Sequence record: OQ873415.1
DNA length: 64,000 nt
From: Escherichia phage PECP20
Strand: one strand, 5' to 3'
Shown here one piece after another: positions 16,646-25,260 of the stretch (within the stretch, counting starts at the first letter, position 1; every line of letters begins with the position of its first letter). The position numbers and the translations under genes were made by a program. Below the pieces are notes generated by a model that did not search any database, was not told the origin of the DNA, and saw nothing but the letters and a program-made list of their open reading frames with translations.

Positions 16646-16817
16646 TTAGTTTCTCTTAAGGTTGGGGCCATTCCATGGCACATGTTAGGTCCTTCGACTC
16701 GCTATGTAAACCCATTACCGCATTGCGCTCGACCTTATTACAGGTTGGAAAAGGTACATCACTCAGAGGACTCGACGTTCATGAGGAGAGGTTGCGTTTC
16801 CCTTTATTAGGCAAGAA

Positions 16818-17147
16818 TTATACTCTAGGCTTTTGAGCTTGTTTGGTATTGGATTCCCATGTGGCTTTGGTAATTTTGTTAGCGGCATAACCAAAGGCAT
16901 TAGATAGAACACCTTTAGAGTTGAATACATCCAATCCAATAAGTACACCGGCTGTGTTAAATTTAGGAGCAAAGTACGCATTAGTTTTAGAAAGAGCTTT
17001 TTTCAATTCAGGGTCTTGAACCAAGTCATCAAAAACGCCTTTACTATTTACTTTATATGTTACTTTGGGATTTTTACTTTCTTCGATAGCAGCTTTCTGT
17101 TCCGCAGATAATGTAACTTCAGTGATAAACTCTTGATATGTTTTCAT
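16818..17147 (-). CDS. internal-protein-like (capsid-targeted) protein, about 110 aa
   Basis: Start set at MKTYQEFITE, the N-terminal capsid targeting leader typical of T4 internal proteins cleaved by prohead protease. Confidence 0.6.
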   Translation of the reverse strand: MKTYQEFITEVTLSAEQKAAIEESKNPKVTYKVNSKGVFDDLVQDPELKKALSKTNAYFAPKFNTAGVLIGLDVFNSKGVLSNAFGYAANKITKATWESNTKQAQKPRV

Positions 17148-17154
17148 TTTTTCC

Positions 17155-17568
17155 TTAGTAAATTGATTTACCATAGTATTTGTACCAAGTCGGACGTTGA
17201 GCAATTTTTTCATCTAAGCGTGCTTGACTTATCGCAATGGACACTTCGGACGGGACATAATTATTACGAAATTCGGCAGGAATGTCGGAAATATCCTGGA
17301 CTGTCGTGTCCTTGATTTTGAAACCACGTTTCAAACATTCAGCGATTAGCTCGATTTGTCGTAAACGTAAAAATTCAAGTTTGTCGTAAAAGAATGTTAC
17401 GTGACCTGTGCCTAAGATAAATGTTGGAGAGATTTTAAAATCCTTTACACGTTTACCGTTTTGAACATGTTTACGGACTGCACCAAATACGCGTGGTAAT
17501 TCACGATACTCAGCCATAAGATGTTGGTCGGACAGTTCAGAAACAAGTGTTAAATTGATACGAGTCAT
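17155..17568 (-). CDS. denV: endonuclease V, pyrimidine dimer DNA glycosylase
   Basis: Start at [12 protein letters not shown]...; about 138 aa, near-identical to T4 DenV as recalled. Confidence 0.92.
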   Translation of the reverse strand: MTRINLTLVSELSDQHLMAEYRELPRVFGAVRKHVQNGKRVKDFKISPTFILGTGHVTFFYDKLEFLRLRQIELIAECLKRGFKIKDTTVQDISDIPAEFRNNYVPSEVSIAISQARLDEKIAQRPTWYKYYGKSIY

Positions 17569-17589
17569 AATTTCCTCCAAGTAGTTGAT

Positions 17590-17626
17590 GAATGTATAGT
17601 ATCAAAACCCTTGGAGGAAGTAAACA
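17590..17626 (-). promoter_or_regulatory. early promoter cassette upstream of denV with 10-bp inverted repeat
   Basis: Plus strand ttcctccaag (17572-17581) and cttggaggaa (17610-17619) flank TATAGT; gtaaac at 17620-17625. Confidence 0.6.
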
Positions 17627-17908
17627 CTATTTTTCTGAAGCGCCTGAAATATATTTTTCAAGACGTTGTTTCATCAGCGAGCCGTTCTTAGCGATTTCTT
17701 CTGGTTTATCGCACATACGCAACAAGGCTTCAAGCTTAGCGATATCGCTGGTACGTTCAAATTTGCGAGTATCTATCTTACTAGCAAGTTCAGAAATACG
17801 TGCTAATAGACTTTCAGCTTCAACCAAAGCTGCACCTAGCTTAGTTGCAAATGTGTCAGTAGCTTCGTTAAGAATAGATTCTGATAAAAATTCACTATAT
17901 GTTTTCAT
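17627..17908 (-). CDS. internal-protein-like (capsid-targeted) protein, about 93 aa
   Basis: Start set at [10 protein letters not shown] leader; lies between denV and e as ipII/ipIII do in T4. Confidence 0.6.
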   Translation of the reverse strand: MKTYSEFLSESILNEATDTFATKLGAALVEAESLLARISELASKIDTRKFERTSDIAKLEALLRMCDKPEEIAKNGSLMKQRLEKYISGASEK

Positions 17909-18393
17909 ATATACGCTTTCCAAGTTCCTGTTTTAAATGTTGAGATTACGCGTTTCGCGCGATTAGGTGTCTGACGATACCATTTAGATTGAGCTAGATT
18001 TACTGCCGCTTCATCCCAACGTTTCTGTTTAAGCATACGAAGAGAATTAGTAAAACCGGCGACTCCTGCTACACCCATTTGGAAGACCATATTGACCAAT
18101 GCACACCGACGAACTGCATCTAAAGAATCATATACCGGTTTAAGTTTAGCATTACCCAAGATTCCGCGAACGGCTTTATCGACGTCTTCATTAAATAGCT
18201 TTTCAGCCTCATCAAGGGTAATTGTACCGTTGCATTTACGACCGATCATTCTGTCAAGTTCAGCTTTAGCTACGGCTAAAGACTGGTTCTTTGTTACCAA
18301 GTGGCCTATGCCAATCGTCCAAAAGCCTTCAGTGTCTTTGTATAAAGTCAGTCTAAGACCTTCGTCATTACGAAGCATTTCAAATATATTCAT
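17905..18393 (-). CDS. e: lysozyme (endolysin), T4 e type
   Basis: [32 protein letters not shown]... near-identical to T4 lysozyme as recalled; catalytic E11 and D20 conserved. Confidence 0.95.
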   Translation of the reverse strand: MNIFEMLRNDEGLRLTLYKDTEGFWTIGIGHLVTKNQSLAVAKAELDRMIGRKCNGTITLDEAEKLFNEDVDKAVRGILGNAKLKPVYDSLDAVRRCALVNMVFQMGVAGVAGFTNSLRMLKQKRWDEAAVNLAQSKWYRQTPNRAKRVISTFKTGTWKAYI

Positions 18394-18428
18394 AATACCT
18401 CCCACGTTTATAGGAGGTATTTATTACT
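18394..18428 (-). promoter_or_regulatory. RBS-sequestering hairpin with embedded late-promoter-like sequence upstream of lysozyme gene e
   Basis: mRNA sense AUACCUCC-UAUAAACGUG-GGAGGUAU then AUG; arms pair the Shine-Dalgarno; AATAAATA just upstream. Confidence 0.6.
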
Positions 18429-18886
18429 TATAGGATGGTAGTGAGCACCTTATATAATGATTTGCCCATTACATATTCCCATTGAGAAGGTTTAATTAAA
18501 GCGAATGCATCAAATTCAGGAATCTGTCGTCCGTCTGGGAATGTATGATAGGAATTACAAACACTGTTTCTGAATTGCTCGTGCTCTACAGGGATGGTAT
18601 ATAGGAACAGATGAATATTCTTATTATCTGAGTAATGATGTTCACCTAGGTCTTTCAGGAAGACAGGGTCATATTGTGTAAACCCAGTTTCTTCTTCGCA
18701 TTCACGAATAGCGGCTTCAATAGGAGATTCGCCAGGTTCGACATGGTCTTTAGGAATATCCCACCGATGAGCTAAAGAACCTTTAGGACGAGAACCAGTT
18801 ACACGACCCATGAATAACTCTTTATCTTTTGTCATGAAGATAATACCGGCTGATAGTTCTTTCACTTTATTTTTCTTACTCATCAT
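18428..18886 (-). CDS. nudE: Nudix hydrolase NudE
   Basis: 152 aa with Nudix box GHVEPGESPIEAAIRECEEETG. Confidence 0.85.
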   Translation of the reverse strand: MMSKKNKVKELSAGIIFMTKDKELFMGRVTGSRPKGSLAHRWDIPKDHVEPGESPIEAAIRECEEETGFTQYDPVFLKDLGEHHYSDNKNIHLFLYTIPVEHEQFRNSVCNSYHTFPDGRQIPEFDAFALIKPSQWEYVMGKSLYKVLTTIL

Positions 18887-19127
18887 ATCGGTCCCATGAT
18901 TTGGCCATCAATTCGGACATAAATTCTTCAATGCGCGTTTCTTTAGATGGACTTTCACTATTAGAGACCGCAAGTTTGTAATCTGCAATAGGACAGAACA
19001 TATCAAGGTCCATATTAAGATCGTCTTTGATTTTTTCTTCTGACACATCTTTATCATACGTGTACAGATAACTATCGCATGATTCTGATTTAATGTAAAT
19101 TGCTATACTCATCTCAAATTCCTGCAT
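18876..19127 (-). CDS. hypothetical protein, 83 aa
   Basis: ORF track. Confidence 0.5.
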   Translation of the reverse strand: MQEFEMSIAIYIKSESCDSYLYTYDKDVSEEKIKDDLNMDLDMFCPIADYKLAVSNSESPSKETRIEEFMSELMAKSWDRYDE

Positions 19128-19600
19128 TCGGTAATAAAACGTTCAACTTCGTTATTCTTGGCCTTTATCTTGTCTTTACGTTCCTGTAAACTACTTTTAA
19201 CAAGATTAATAATGATGGCGGCGGTACCGCCGCCAATGATGCCACCAACAACACTTACGATACTAGATGCTAATAAGATAGCAATAATATCAACAAAACC
19301 GAAAGAACTCACCTTAGTACTGAAAAACCATACCGACGGTACAAATATAATCCATCCTGTTATCCATTGGCACTTATTGAAAAACTTTTCAAGCTCAGCT
19401 TGAGTTGTTCGTATTACTTCATCGATAGGTTGATATCCATTAATGTATCTGTTCACGATAATACCTGCTGGCTGGTCGATTTTAAATTCTTGGCAAATAC
19501 GTTTCACTAAGTAGGATGGACATCCTGTCCAATCCACTGAATAGTACGAAATACCTTCGTTGCCATCGTCTATATTAGACCAATATGTTTTGTTAATCAT
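19109..19600 (-). CDS. hypothetical membrane protein, 163 aa
   Basis: ORF track; central hydrophobic helices; C-terminal ERFITECR. Confidence 0.55.
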   Translation of the reverse strand: MINKTYWSNIDDGNEGISYYSVDWTGCPSYLVKRICQEFKIDQPAGIIVNRYINGYQPIDEVIRTTQAELEKFFNKCQWITGWIIFVPSVWFFSTKVSSFGFVDIIAILLASSIVSVVGGIIGGGTAAIIINLVKSSLQERKDKIKAKNNEVERFITECRNLR

Positions 19601-20286
19601 TACCAGCCTTCCATAGGGAATTCCAGATAAACTTGAGCATTGACACGAATTTCATTGGTAATCTTTTTAACTCGGTCTGTATTACGAGATACACGTCCGA
19701 ACCAACGCCATCCATTACTAATTGCACGAGAACCAGTGTGCCATGTTTGCCAATCAAACTGAAGAAGAGTACGGTCCGGAGCTTCCCATTTCTCTAGTTC
19801 ACCTTTTTCAATTTTTTCGAGGACTTCTTTGTGCCACTGGCGATAGATAAGTTCGCCATCAGGAATCTGACTGAACTCTGCAGTTCCTGTTGCAAAATGA
19901 GTAGGACACACATCAGCGTTAACAAGACCAAGAATATGTTCAGACAAATAGCGAGGATTGTCATAGTCAGGTTGTCCTGCAGTAATAAAATGTTGACCAA
20001 CCGGAATATCCGGGCGTGGTACGTCATCATGGTGATAACCAGGAATAGCAGGATACCAACCAGGCATCAGCATATGGACTCGTGAATCAAATACTACATC
20101 TGAGTCTTTCCAATCGTCAGGGAGATTTTGGATAAAGCTACGAGTAATTGGACCGCCGTTATCAAAAGCAAAATTCAAATCGCAATTAAAGAACATAGGC
20201 TCGTTTTTAATCTGGTCATTTTTAATCGCATGAGCAAAACCACCTACTGCACGAGCTTGACTATTAAACACTTTAGAACTATTCAT
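19600..20286 (-). CDS. hypothetical protein, 228 aa, His/Asp-rich
   Basis: ORF track; segments GYHHDDVP and CPTHFATG suggest a metal site, unverified. Confidence 0.6.
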   Translation of the reverse strand: MNSSKVFNSQARAVGGFAHAIKNDQIKNEPMFFNCDLNFAFDNGGPITRSFIQNLPDDWKDSDVVFDSRVHMLMPGWYPAIPGYHHDDVPRPDIPVGQHFITAGQPDYDNPRYLSEHILGLVNADVCPTHFATGTAEFSQIPDGELIYRQWHKEVLEKIEKGELEKWEAPDRTLLQFDWQTWHTGSRAISNGWRWFGRVSRNTDRVKKITNEIRVNAQVYLEFPMEGW

Positions 20287-20287
20287 A

Positions 20288-20593
20288 TTATTTTCCTCGA
20301 CATTCTTTAATGAAATTTTCTAGATTGGTAGATTCAATAGCTTTTTTACGAGCTTCTGCGTGTTCTTCTTCAGACAATTTACATTTATAATTGACCCAGA
20401 CGTTATGGTCGAAACTAGTCGTGGCATATAATAACAATGCTCCAACGAATAGCAAAAACGGCGATAAGAATACAAAACCAGGAACACCATCCATACTGTA
20501 AGCCTTTTGTAATACTGCAACAGAAAGAGCTGCGTAAAAAAGTGATACAAATATTGTTAAAAGACCAATTCGGTTGGTTTCGCCTAATTTCAT
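20288..20593 (-). CDS. hypothetical membrane protein, 101 aa
   Basis: ORF track; two hydrophobic helices; C-terminal ENFIKECR. Confidence 0.55.
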   Translation of the reverse strand: MKLGETNRIGLLTIFVSLFYAALSVAVLQKAYSMDGVPGFVFLSPFLLFVGALLLYATTSFDHNVWVNYKCKLSEEEHAEARKKAIESTNLENFIKECRGK

Positions 20594-20614
20594 AATATTC
20601 TCCTCATGTTTTAA

Positions 20615-20652
20615 TAGGACTACTATAACATAGTCCTATCAGTTTGTACACT
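20615..20652 (-). promoter_or_regulatory. early promoter cassette with inverted repeat
   Basis: Plus strand ataggactactataacatagtcctat then gtacac. Confidence 0.55.
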
Positions 20653-20870
20653 TATTTTGACATTTCTTCGATGTCACGACGATACCCATCACGAACTTCA
20701 CGAAGAGCTTCAAGGCCACACATAGGCTCGATACCAGTAATGTGAACTTGATTAATCTGATACTCTACATCTTCTAACTGAGCGAAAACATAACGACGTT
20801 CTGCTGCACAACCAGGTTTAGCTTTACCGAAACGTTTATTCAAAGTAGTCATTTTTATATCTCCATTCAC
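20652..20870 (-). CDS. hypothetical protein, 72 aa
   Basis: ORF track. Confidence 0.5.
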   Translation of the reverse strand: MNGDIKMTTLNKRFGKAKPGCAAERRYVFAQLEDVEYQINQVHITGIEPMCGLEALREVRDGYRRDIEEMSK

Positions 20871-20879
20871 TCATTTGTT

Positions 20880-20921
20880 TTGATAGGTCTATAGTATCAA
20901 CAACTACAGACCTTGTAAACT
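20880..20921 (-). promoter_or_regulatory. early promoter cassette
   Basis: Plus strand tgataggtctatagtatcaacaactacagaccttgtaaac. Confidence 0.55.
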
Positions 20922-20932
20922 GTTTTGTGAAA

Positions 20933-21889
20933 TTATTTGAAAGGTTTTACCATATGAAAGTTTTGTTTGAAACGCTTGACGTAATCGTCGTGTCCTAAGC
21001 TTTGGTACATACTTACTACTTTGTTATAATTTTCCCAAGCGAACTCACGGAACCATCCTGATGTGATTGATGTACAGACCTTTTCAAGGGCCATCATAAA
21101 ACTATCACGTGGATGGATTTCAAAGTTATTAGGAATCTGAGAACGTTCTAACGCTAGTACACATGATTCTTCGTATACGCCGGCCAATTTGACCATTTCT
21201 GGTAATGATTCGAACTTCTCGCGTGAGGTCATGACTTCAGAACCATCTTTCATATAAAATGTATACGCTGGACGGTCTGTTAGTGCAATGGCTTCATGAA
21301 TAGTATCATGGTCATATGTATAGATGTCATCTTTAAAGAACGCACTTTTAGAAGTGTCAAGAACTGGGTGAGCATAATTCAAGGTTTCTTTCTGGCGTTT
21401 CAGCATAATTTCAGTAAGTTCATCGTTCAGTGTAACACCTTTACCACGAAGATACTGAATATGGTTCATAGTCTTTAAAAAGAATGGATTATTTTTCTTG
21501 AAACGATGAGACATCTTAATTGCAAGACATATCTCAGGAGTTGCCCAGTAAAACCCGTTCAAACGGTCTTTAGTCAAATTTTTCTTGGCGTATTTTAAAA
21601 GGTCATAAGAAGACGTGAAATCTTCAGGAGTGAGTTCACCGACTAGTTCGCGAACGTTAGTGATAGCCGGAACGATGTATGCTTCAAAATGAGTTTCGCG
21701 TCCATTATGGAAGCATTTGAAAACTTGGACATCAGGGTTATCTTGGTGAACATATACACCCATCATTTGATTTTTGAATGCATTCCAAGAACCTTGGTCC
21801 GCAATAAAGTCCCAATCACTATTTTTAATAGCGCTAGAATCAATAAGACCGTGATAGTGAAGTGCACGAGAACCAATAACTAACATCAT
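20933..21889 (-). CDS. hypothetical protein, 318 aa, possible degenerate nucleotidyltransferase-like N-terminus
   Basis: ORF track; N-terminal LVIGSRALHYHG...SDWDF loosely resembles an NTase GS...DxD motif. Confidence 0.65.
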   Translation of the reverse strand: MMLVIGSRALHYHGLIDSSAIKNSDWDFIADQGSWNAFKNQMMGVYVHQDNPDVQVFKCFHNGRETHFEAYIVPAITNVRELVGELTPEDFTSSYDLLKYAKKNLTKDRLNGFYWATPEICLAIKMSHRFKKNNPFFLKTMNHIQYLRGKGVTLNDELTEIMLKRQKETLNYAHPVLDTSKSAFFKDDIYTYDHDTIHEAIALTDRPAYTFYMKDGSEVMTSREKFESLPEMVKLAGVYEESCVLALERSQIPNNFEIHPRDSFMMALEKVCTSITSGWFREFAWENYNKVVSMYQSLGHDDYVKRFKQNFHMVKPFK

Positions 21890-21917
21890 AATATTTTCCT
21901 CGGATTAATTCATTAAC

Positions 21918-22169
21918 TTAAATTTCACGACATGCGATATTATATTCATCCCAGAGGTCATCATGTGAAGCCTCTACCAATGGAACGATTGTACCGTTTA
22001 TGTCTTCATTATAAGGGCAAATTGTACAGTGCGCATCTTCGAATCGGATGCCTTTGTGTTCAGATTTTTTATAACGCATATCGAATATCTTTGCAAACTT
22101 TTCACGAGTAATGGTTTTACCAACCACTTTGGTTCCGATACTTTCGTAATAAATCATTGTGGACTCCAT
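21918..22169 (-). CDS. hypothetical protein, 83 aa
   Basis: ORF track; promoter cassette upstream. Confidence 0.55.
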   Translation of the reverse strand: MESTMIYYESIGTKVVGKTITREKFAKIFDMRYKKSEHKGIRFEDAHCTICPYNEDINGTIVPLVEASHDDLWDEYNIACREI

Positions 22170-22175
22170 TTGTTT

Positions 22176-22216
22176 TGATAGGACTACTATAACATAGCCC
22201 TATCTTGTTGTAAACT
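22176..22216 (-). promoter_or_regulatory. early promoter cassette
   Basis: Plus strand gataggactactataacatagccctatcttgttgtaaac. Confidence 0.55.
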
Positions 22217-22219
22217 GTT

Positions 22220-22417
22220 TTAGCAAGAATAACTAGATGATACCCAGCCTTGAACAGTGATACTATTGTGGGATAATGAGATCGCGTCCTGGAGATTCAG
22301 ACCTGCGTTATCTTCAATCCATAATGTAACTTCTTCGCGTTCTTCTGCTGCAATTTGGAACAGGTTTTCCAGAGCAGCTACTGCCGTACGTACAGCACAA
22401 TCTAATTCACGAGACAT
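22220..22417 (-). CDS. small protein, 65 aa, WxSSSxxC C-terminal family
   Basis: Ends GWVSSSYSC; tandem with two paralogs. Confidence 0.55.
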   Translation of the reverse strand: MSRELDCAVRTAVAALENLFQIAAEEREEVTLWIEDNAGLNLQDAISLSHNSITVQGWVSSSYSC

Positions 22418-22426
22418 ATTGTTTCC

Positions 22427-22654
22427 TTAGCAAGACATAGAGGAAGAGAACCAGAAACCTTTGCCTTCCGGAATTCCATAATCGTTACGGATCCAGCCAT
22501 ATTCATCATATTCTGAACTGGTCGCCGGAATATATCGGTTAAGTCCTTCAGCATACACATGAAAATACTCGCCGGTTTTATCAGCTAATTGTTGGCCTTC
22601 ACAGATTAGTGCTCGAATTTGGTCTTCAATTTCTTTAACGGTTTTAGTGGTCAT
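22427..22654 (-). CDS. small protein, 75 aa, WxSSSxxC C-terminal family
   Basis: Ends GFWFSSSMSC. Confidence 0.55.
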   Translation of the reverse strand: MTTKTVKEIEDQIRALICEGQQLADKTGEYFHVYAEGLNRYIPATSSEYDEYGWIRNDYGIPEGKGFWFSSSMSC

Positions 22655-22663
22655 TTTATTTCC

Positions 22664-22957
22664 TTAACATATTTGAGAAGAGGAGATCCATACACCGGAA
22701 GTAACGATACCATTTTCGTCAACTTCACCGCCATAGTTTTCAATTTCATCGCGCATCCAGCGACTACATTCATAACCAACAGGATAGTAAGTACGACCTG
22801 AACCATATTCACCTACATCAAATGAAACACCATACTTATCTGCGATAATAGTAGCTTCATTCTCGATATGGTCTTGAGCACGAAGAAGTTTGCTGATTGC
22901 TTCTTCTGCAGATTTAGCGTCATTGTATTCAGGGATTACGATTTCAATTTTACTCAT
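22664..22957 (-). CDS. small protein, 97 aa, WxSSSxxC C-terminal family
   Basis: Ends GVWISSSQIC. Confidence 0.55.
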   Translation of the reverse strand: MSKIEIVIPEYNDAKSAEEAISKLLRAQDHIENEATIIADKYGVSFDVGEYGSGRTYYPVGYECSRWMRDEIENYGGEVDENGIVTSGVWISSSQIC

Positions 22958-23313
22958 TTTCTACATTCCTTAATAAAGTTTTCGATTGTTTCATTTTCAC
23001 GTTTAGCTAGGAGTTCATTATAACTAATCATTTGAGAAGCGTAAACCTTTTTATTTTTCTTGTTGTGGTTTATAAAATCGTAGTAAAAATAGACTACAGT
23101 ACAAAATGATGCGATGGATGCAAAGGCTTGGGTATACCGTAAGTCCTGCCATTGGTCTGTGAATCCACCAGTGTTCCCTATAAATCCTAACACAACGCCG
23201 TCAATAAGAAATCCAACTAATCCAAAGGCAAATCCCATGCCAATACTCATAATAAAAATTAGAATGTTCTCACCAAGAGAAGGCCATACGGTTAAGAGTT
23301 GAGGCTTTTGCAT
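22954..23313 (-). CDS. hypothetical membrane protein, 119 aa
   Basis: ORF track; hydrophobic helices; C-terminal ENFIKECRK. Confidence 0.55.
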   Translation of the reverse strand: MQKPQLLTVWPSLGENILIFIMSIGMGFAFGLVGFLIDGVVLGFIGNTGGFTDQWQDLRYTQAFASIASFCTVVYFYYDFINHNKKNKKVYASQMISYNELLAKRENETIENFIKECRK

Positions 23314-23687
23314 CTTATTTCCTTAACGAATTCCATAGCTTCTTCATATTCATACTTTTTAACAGCTTCATCATACTGAGCTTGGGCTTTTGCGCACTGA
23401 ACTTTCCATTCTCTTAATCGGGCTCTGTGATGACGGCCTTGGTGCCAATATCCTACCCAATTAATAGGCATTAATAAAAACGGTACAATAAGTGGTGCGA
23501 CGAACATTAATGAAAATGCTGCATCAGACGATATAACTTCACTAGAATCTAAAACAGCTCCTATAATCATAAAGATTAAAAATGCTAAAGCTAAAATAGG
23601 ACCAAATAATACTTCATACGGGATTAATTTACGTTTGTATTCGTAGGCCCAGGGCTTACTTGGCATGTATAGGGTTGGCTTTGACAT
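23292..23687 (-). CDS. hypothetical membrane protein, about 131 aa
   Basis: Track ORF trimmed to ATG (MSKPTLYM...); hydrophobic helices. Confidence 0.55.
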   Translation of the reverse strand: MSKPTLYMPSKPWAYEYKRKLIPYEVLFGPILALAFLIFMIIGAVLDSSEVISSDAAFSLMFVAPLIVPFLLMPINWVGYWHQGRHHRARLREWKVQCAKAQAQYDEAVKKYEYEEAMEFVKEIRCKSLNS

Positions 23688-24279
23688 ATTCTCTACATTC
23701 CATAATAAATTGCTCAAGGATTAAATTGTTAGTGAAATTAGGACTAACAACCATAGTTTCATAAAGCGCATCAATAGCACTTAAAGCATCAACTCTTTTA
23801 AGCAAAGGCTTGCCTTCATACATAGTTTCAGAATCGATGATTAACGTAAAGTAATATTTTTTATTATCGACTAGAACTTCTGTATCGATATAAAACATAT
23901 TAGACCTCAGAAGCTTATCTCTAAAACCATAATAATCTTCAGAGCGTTCGCTGATATATTCCCATTCAGTGTTTAAACAACAAACAGACCACGTAGGAGC
24001 AACGAAATCAGTGAATCTAATATCATGGTCTGCAACTAGTTTAGCAATAGCTCCGATATCATGAATCATAATACCTGGGGCTAATAAAGATTTTCTGCTA
24101 TGGCTAGCCGTTTTCTCGGTGGTCTCATAAGAAGACGACCAGTACCATTTACGTCCGGTTGCAACATATCGTAATGAATCAACTAAAGACGTAGGTGGAT
24201 TTACCTTATCTCGGAACTCTTCGAACATTGAGTCAATATCATTATTTTGGTTTCGCATGTTAGCTCCTTTATTATCCAA
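23656..24279 (-). CDS. hypothetical protein, 207 aa
   Basis: ORF track; C-terminal EQFIMECRE. Confidence 0.6.
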   Translation of the reverse strand: MDNKGANMRNQNNDIDSMFEEFRDKVNPPTSLVDSLRYVATGRKWYWSSSYETTEKTASHSRKSLLAPGIMIHDIGAIAKLVADHDIRFTDFVAPTWSVCCLNTEWEYISERSEDYYGFRDKLLRSNMFYIDTEVLVDNKKYYFTLIIDSETMYEGKPLLKRVDALSAIDALYETMVVSPNFTNNLILEQFIMECREYVKANPIHAK

Positions 24280-24305
24280 AAGGAGGACCGGAGTCCTCCG
24301 TATTA
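24276..24305 (-). terminator. hairpin GGAGGAC-UCCG-GUCCUCC followed by U-rich tract
   Basis: Perfect 7-bp stem between two genes. Confidence 0.5.
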
Positions 24306-24307
24306 TT

Positions 24308-24901
24308 TTATTTCAAAGAGTTAATATATTCTTGTACATCAGCAGAAGTGGTTTCGACACCAGCTGGAGTGCCATTGAACGTTTCAACACGAGTCAGAGT
24401 GTCTTCGATATCAACCTTAGTCAGTGCAGCGATTTCAATTACATCGTCAGCGGTAGAGATACCAAGGGCATTGGCTGCTCGAGTTTCACGAATGTATTCG
24501 AGTTTGATTGCCAGGTTCTGACGAGCATCGTCAAGTTCAACCACCTTACGAGCAATTTCAATTCGCATAGCGGCATACCCGTCAGCTTTTGTATTAAGTT
24601 GTTCGGCAGTTCGACGATACAGAAGACCAAGCTTAGCATGCATGGTAACATCTTGTCCTTCAGCCAGGAGTTTACGAATTTCACGTTCCTTAGAAGCGGC
24701 TTGCTTGTTCTTTTCATTAACAAGTTCGCGAATACGTTTTTCTTCATTAATAGATTTAACAGAAGCCGTTTTTAGTTCTTTGATTTGGGTAATCAACTTA
24801 TCTGCAGCTGCGTTATACTGTTCTTCGACAGTCAGATTTTTAGCCATGGCAGTACCCAGTTTAGTGCGAATGAATTCAACAAGTTTCTTCAGAGTGTTCA
24901 T
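24308..24901 (-). CDS. coiled-coil protein, 197 aa, possibly PspA/IM30-like
   Basis: Long heptad-rich helical sequence; resemblance to PspA is by eye only. Confidence 0.6.
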   Translation of the reverse strand: MNTLKKLVEFIRTKLGTAMAKNLTVEEQYNAAADKLITQIKELKTASVKSINEEKRIRELVNEKNKQAASKEREIRKLLAEGQDVTMHAKLGLLYRRTAEQLNTKADGYAAMRIEIARKVVELDDARQNLAIKLEYIRETRAANALGISTADDVIEIAALTKVDIEDTLTRVETFNGTPAGVETTSADVQEYINSLK

Positions 24902-24972
24902 ATTATTACCTTTTCAATTAGTGGGTTTATTATCCATGAGAGCATTATACTCTGCTCTCAAGAGTTTGTAAA

Positions 24973-25200
24973 TTATTTTTTAATCAAATTGACATAAAAC
25001 TTGGCGTCTTCGGGGTGCATGCCTTCGCAGTATTCTTCAACCATGAACTTCTTAACAGCTTCATAAGGACCACTCAGATTAAGCTCGGTTGTCCAGAACT
25101 TGGAATCTTGTACTGAATCGATACGAACTTCAGGGTGACGGTTGCGAATAACTTCTTCTGTGTATTCATAATCAACGACATCAATACTAACTTTAGCCAT
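24973..25200 (-). CDS. hypothetical protein, 75 aa
   Basis: ORF track; RBS and promoter cassette upstream. Confidence 0.5.
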   Translation of the reverse strand: MAKVSIDVVDYEYTEEVIRNRHPEVRIDSVQDSKFWTTELNLSGPYEAVKKFMVEEYCEGMHPEDAKFYVNLIKK

Positions 25201-25219
25201 TTTGTTTCTCCTCTTGATT

Positions 25220-25260
25220 TGATAGGTCTATAGTAACACCATCCTTGGCGTTTGTACATC
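25220..25260 (-). promoter_or_regulatory. early promoter cassette
   Basis: Plus strand gataggtctatagtaacaccatccttggcgtttgtacat. Confidence 0.5.

Noticed and set aside
16763-16981. 72-aa minus-strand ORF
   Set aside because: Overlaps the better-supported internal-protein-like gene and extends into the noncoding gap; no RBS.
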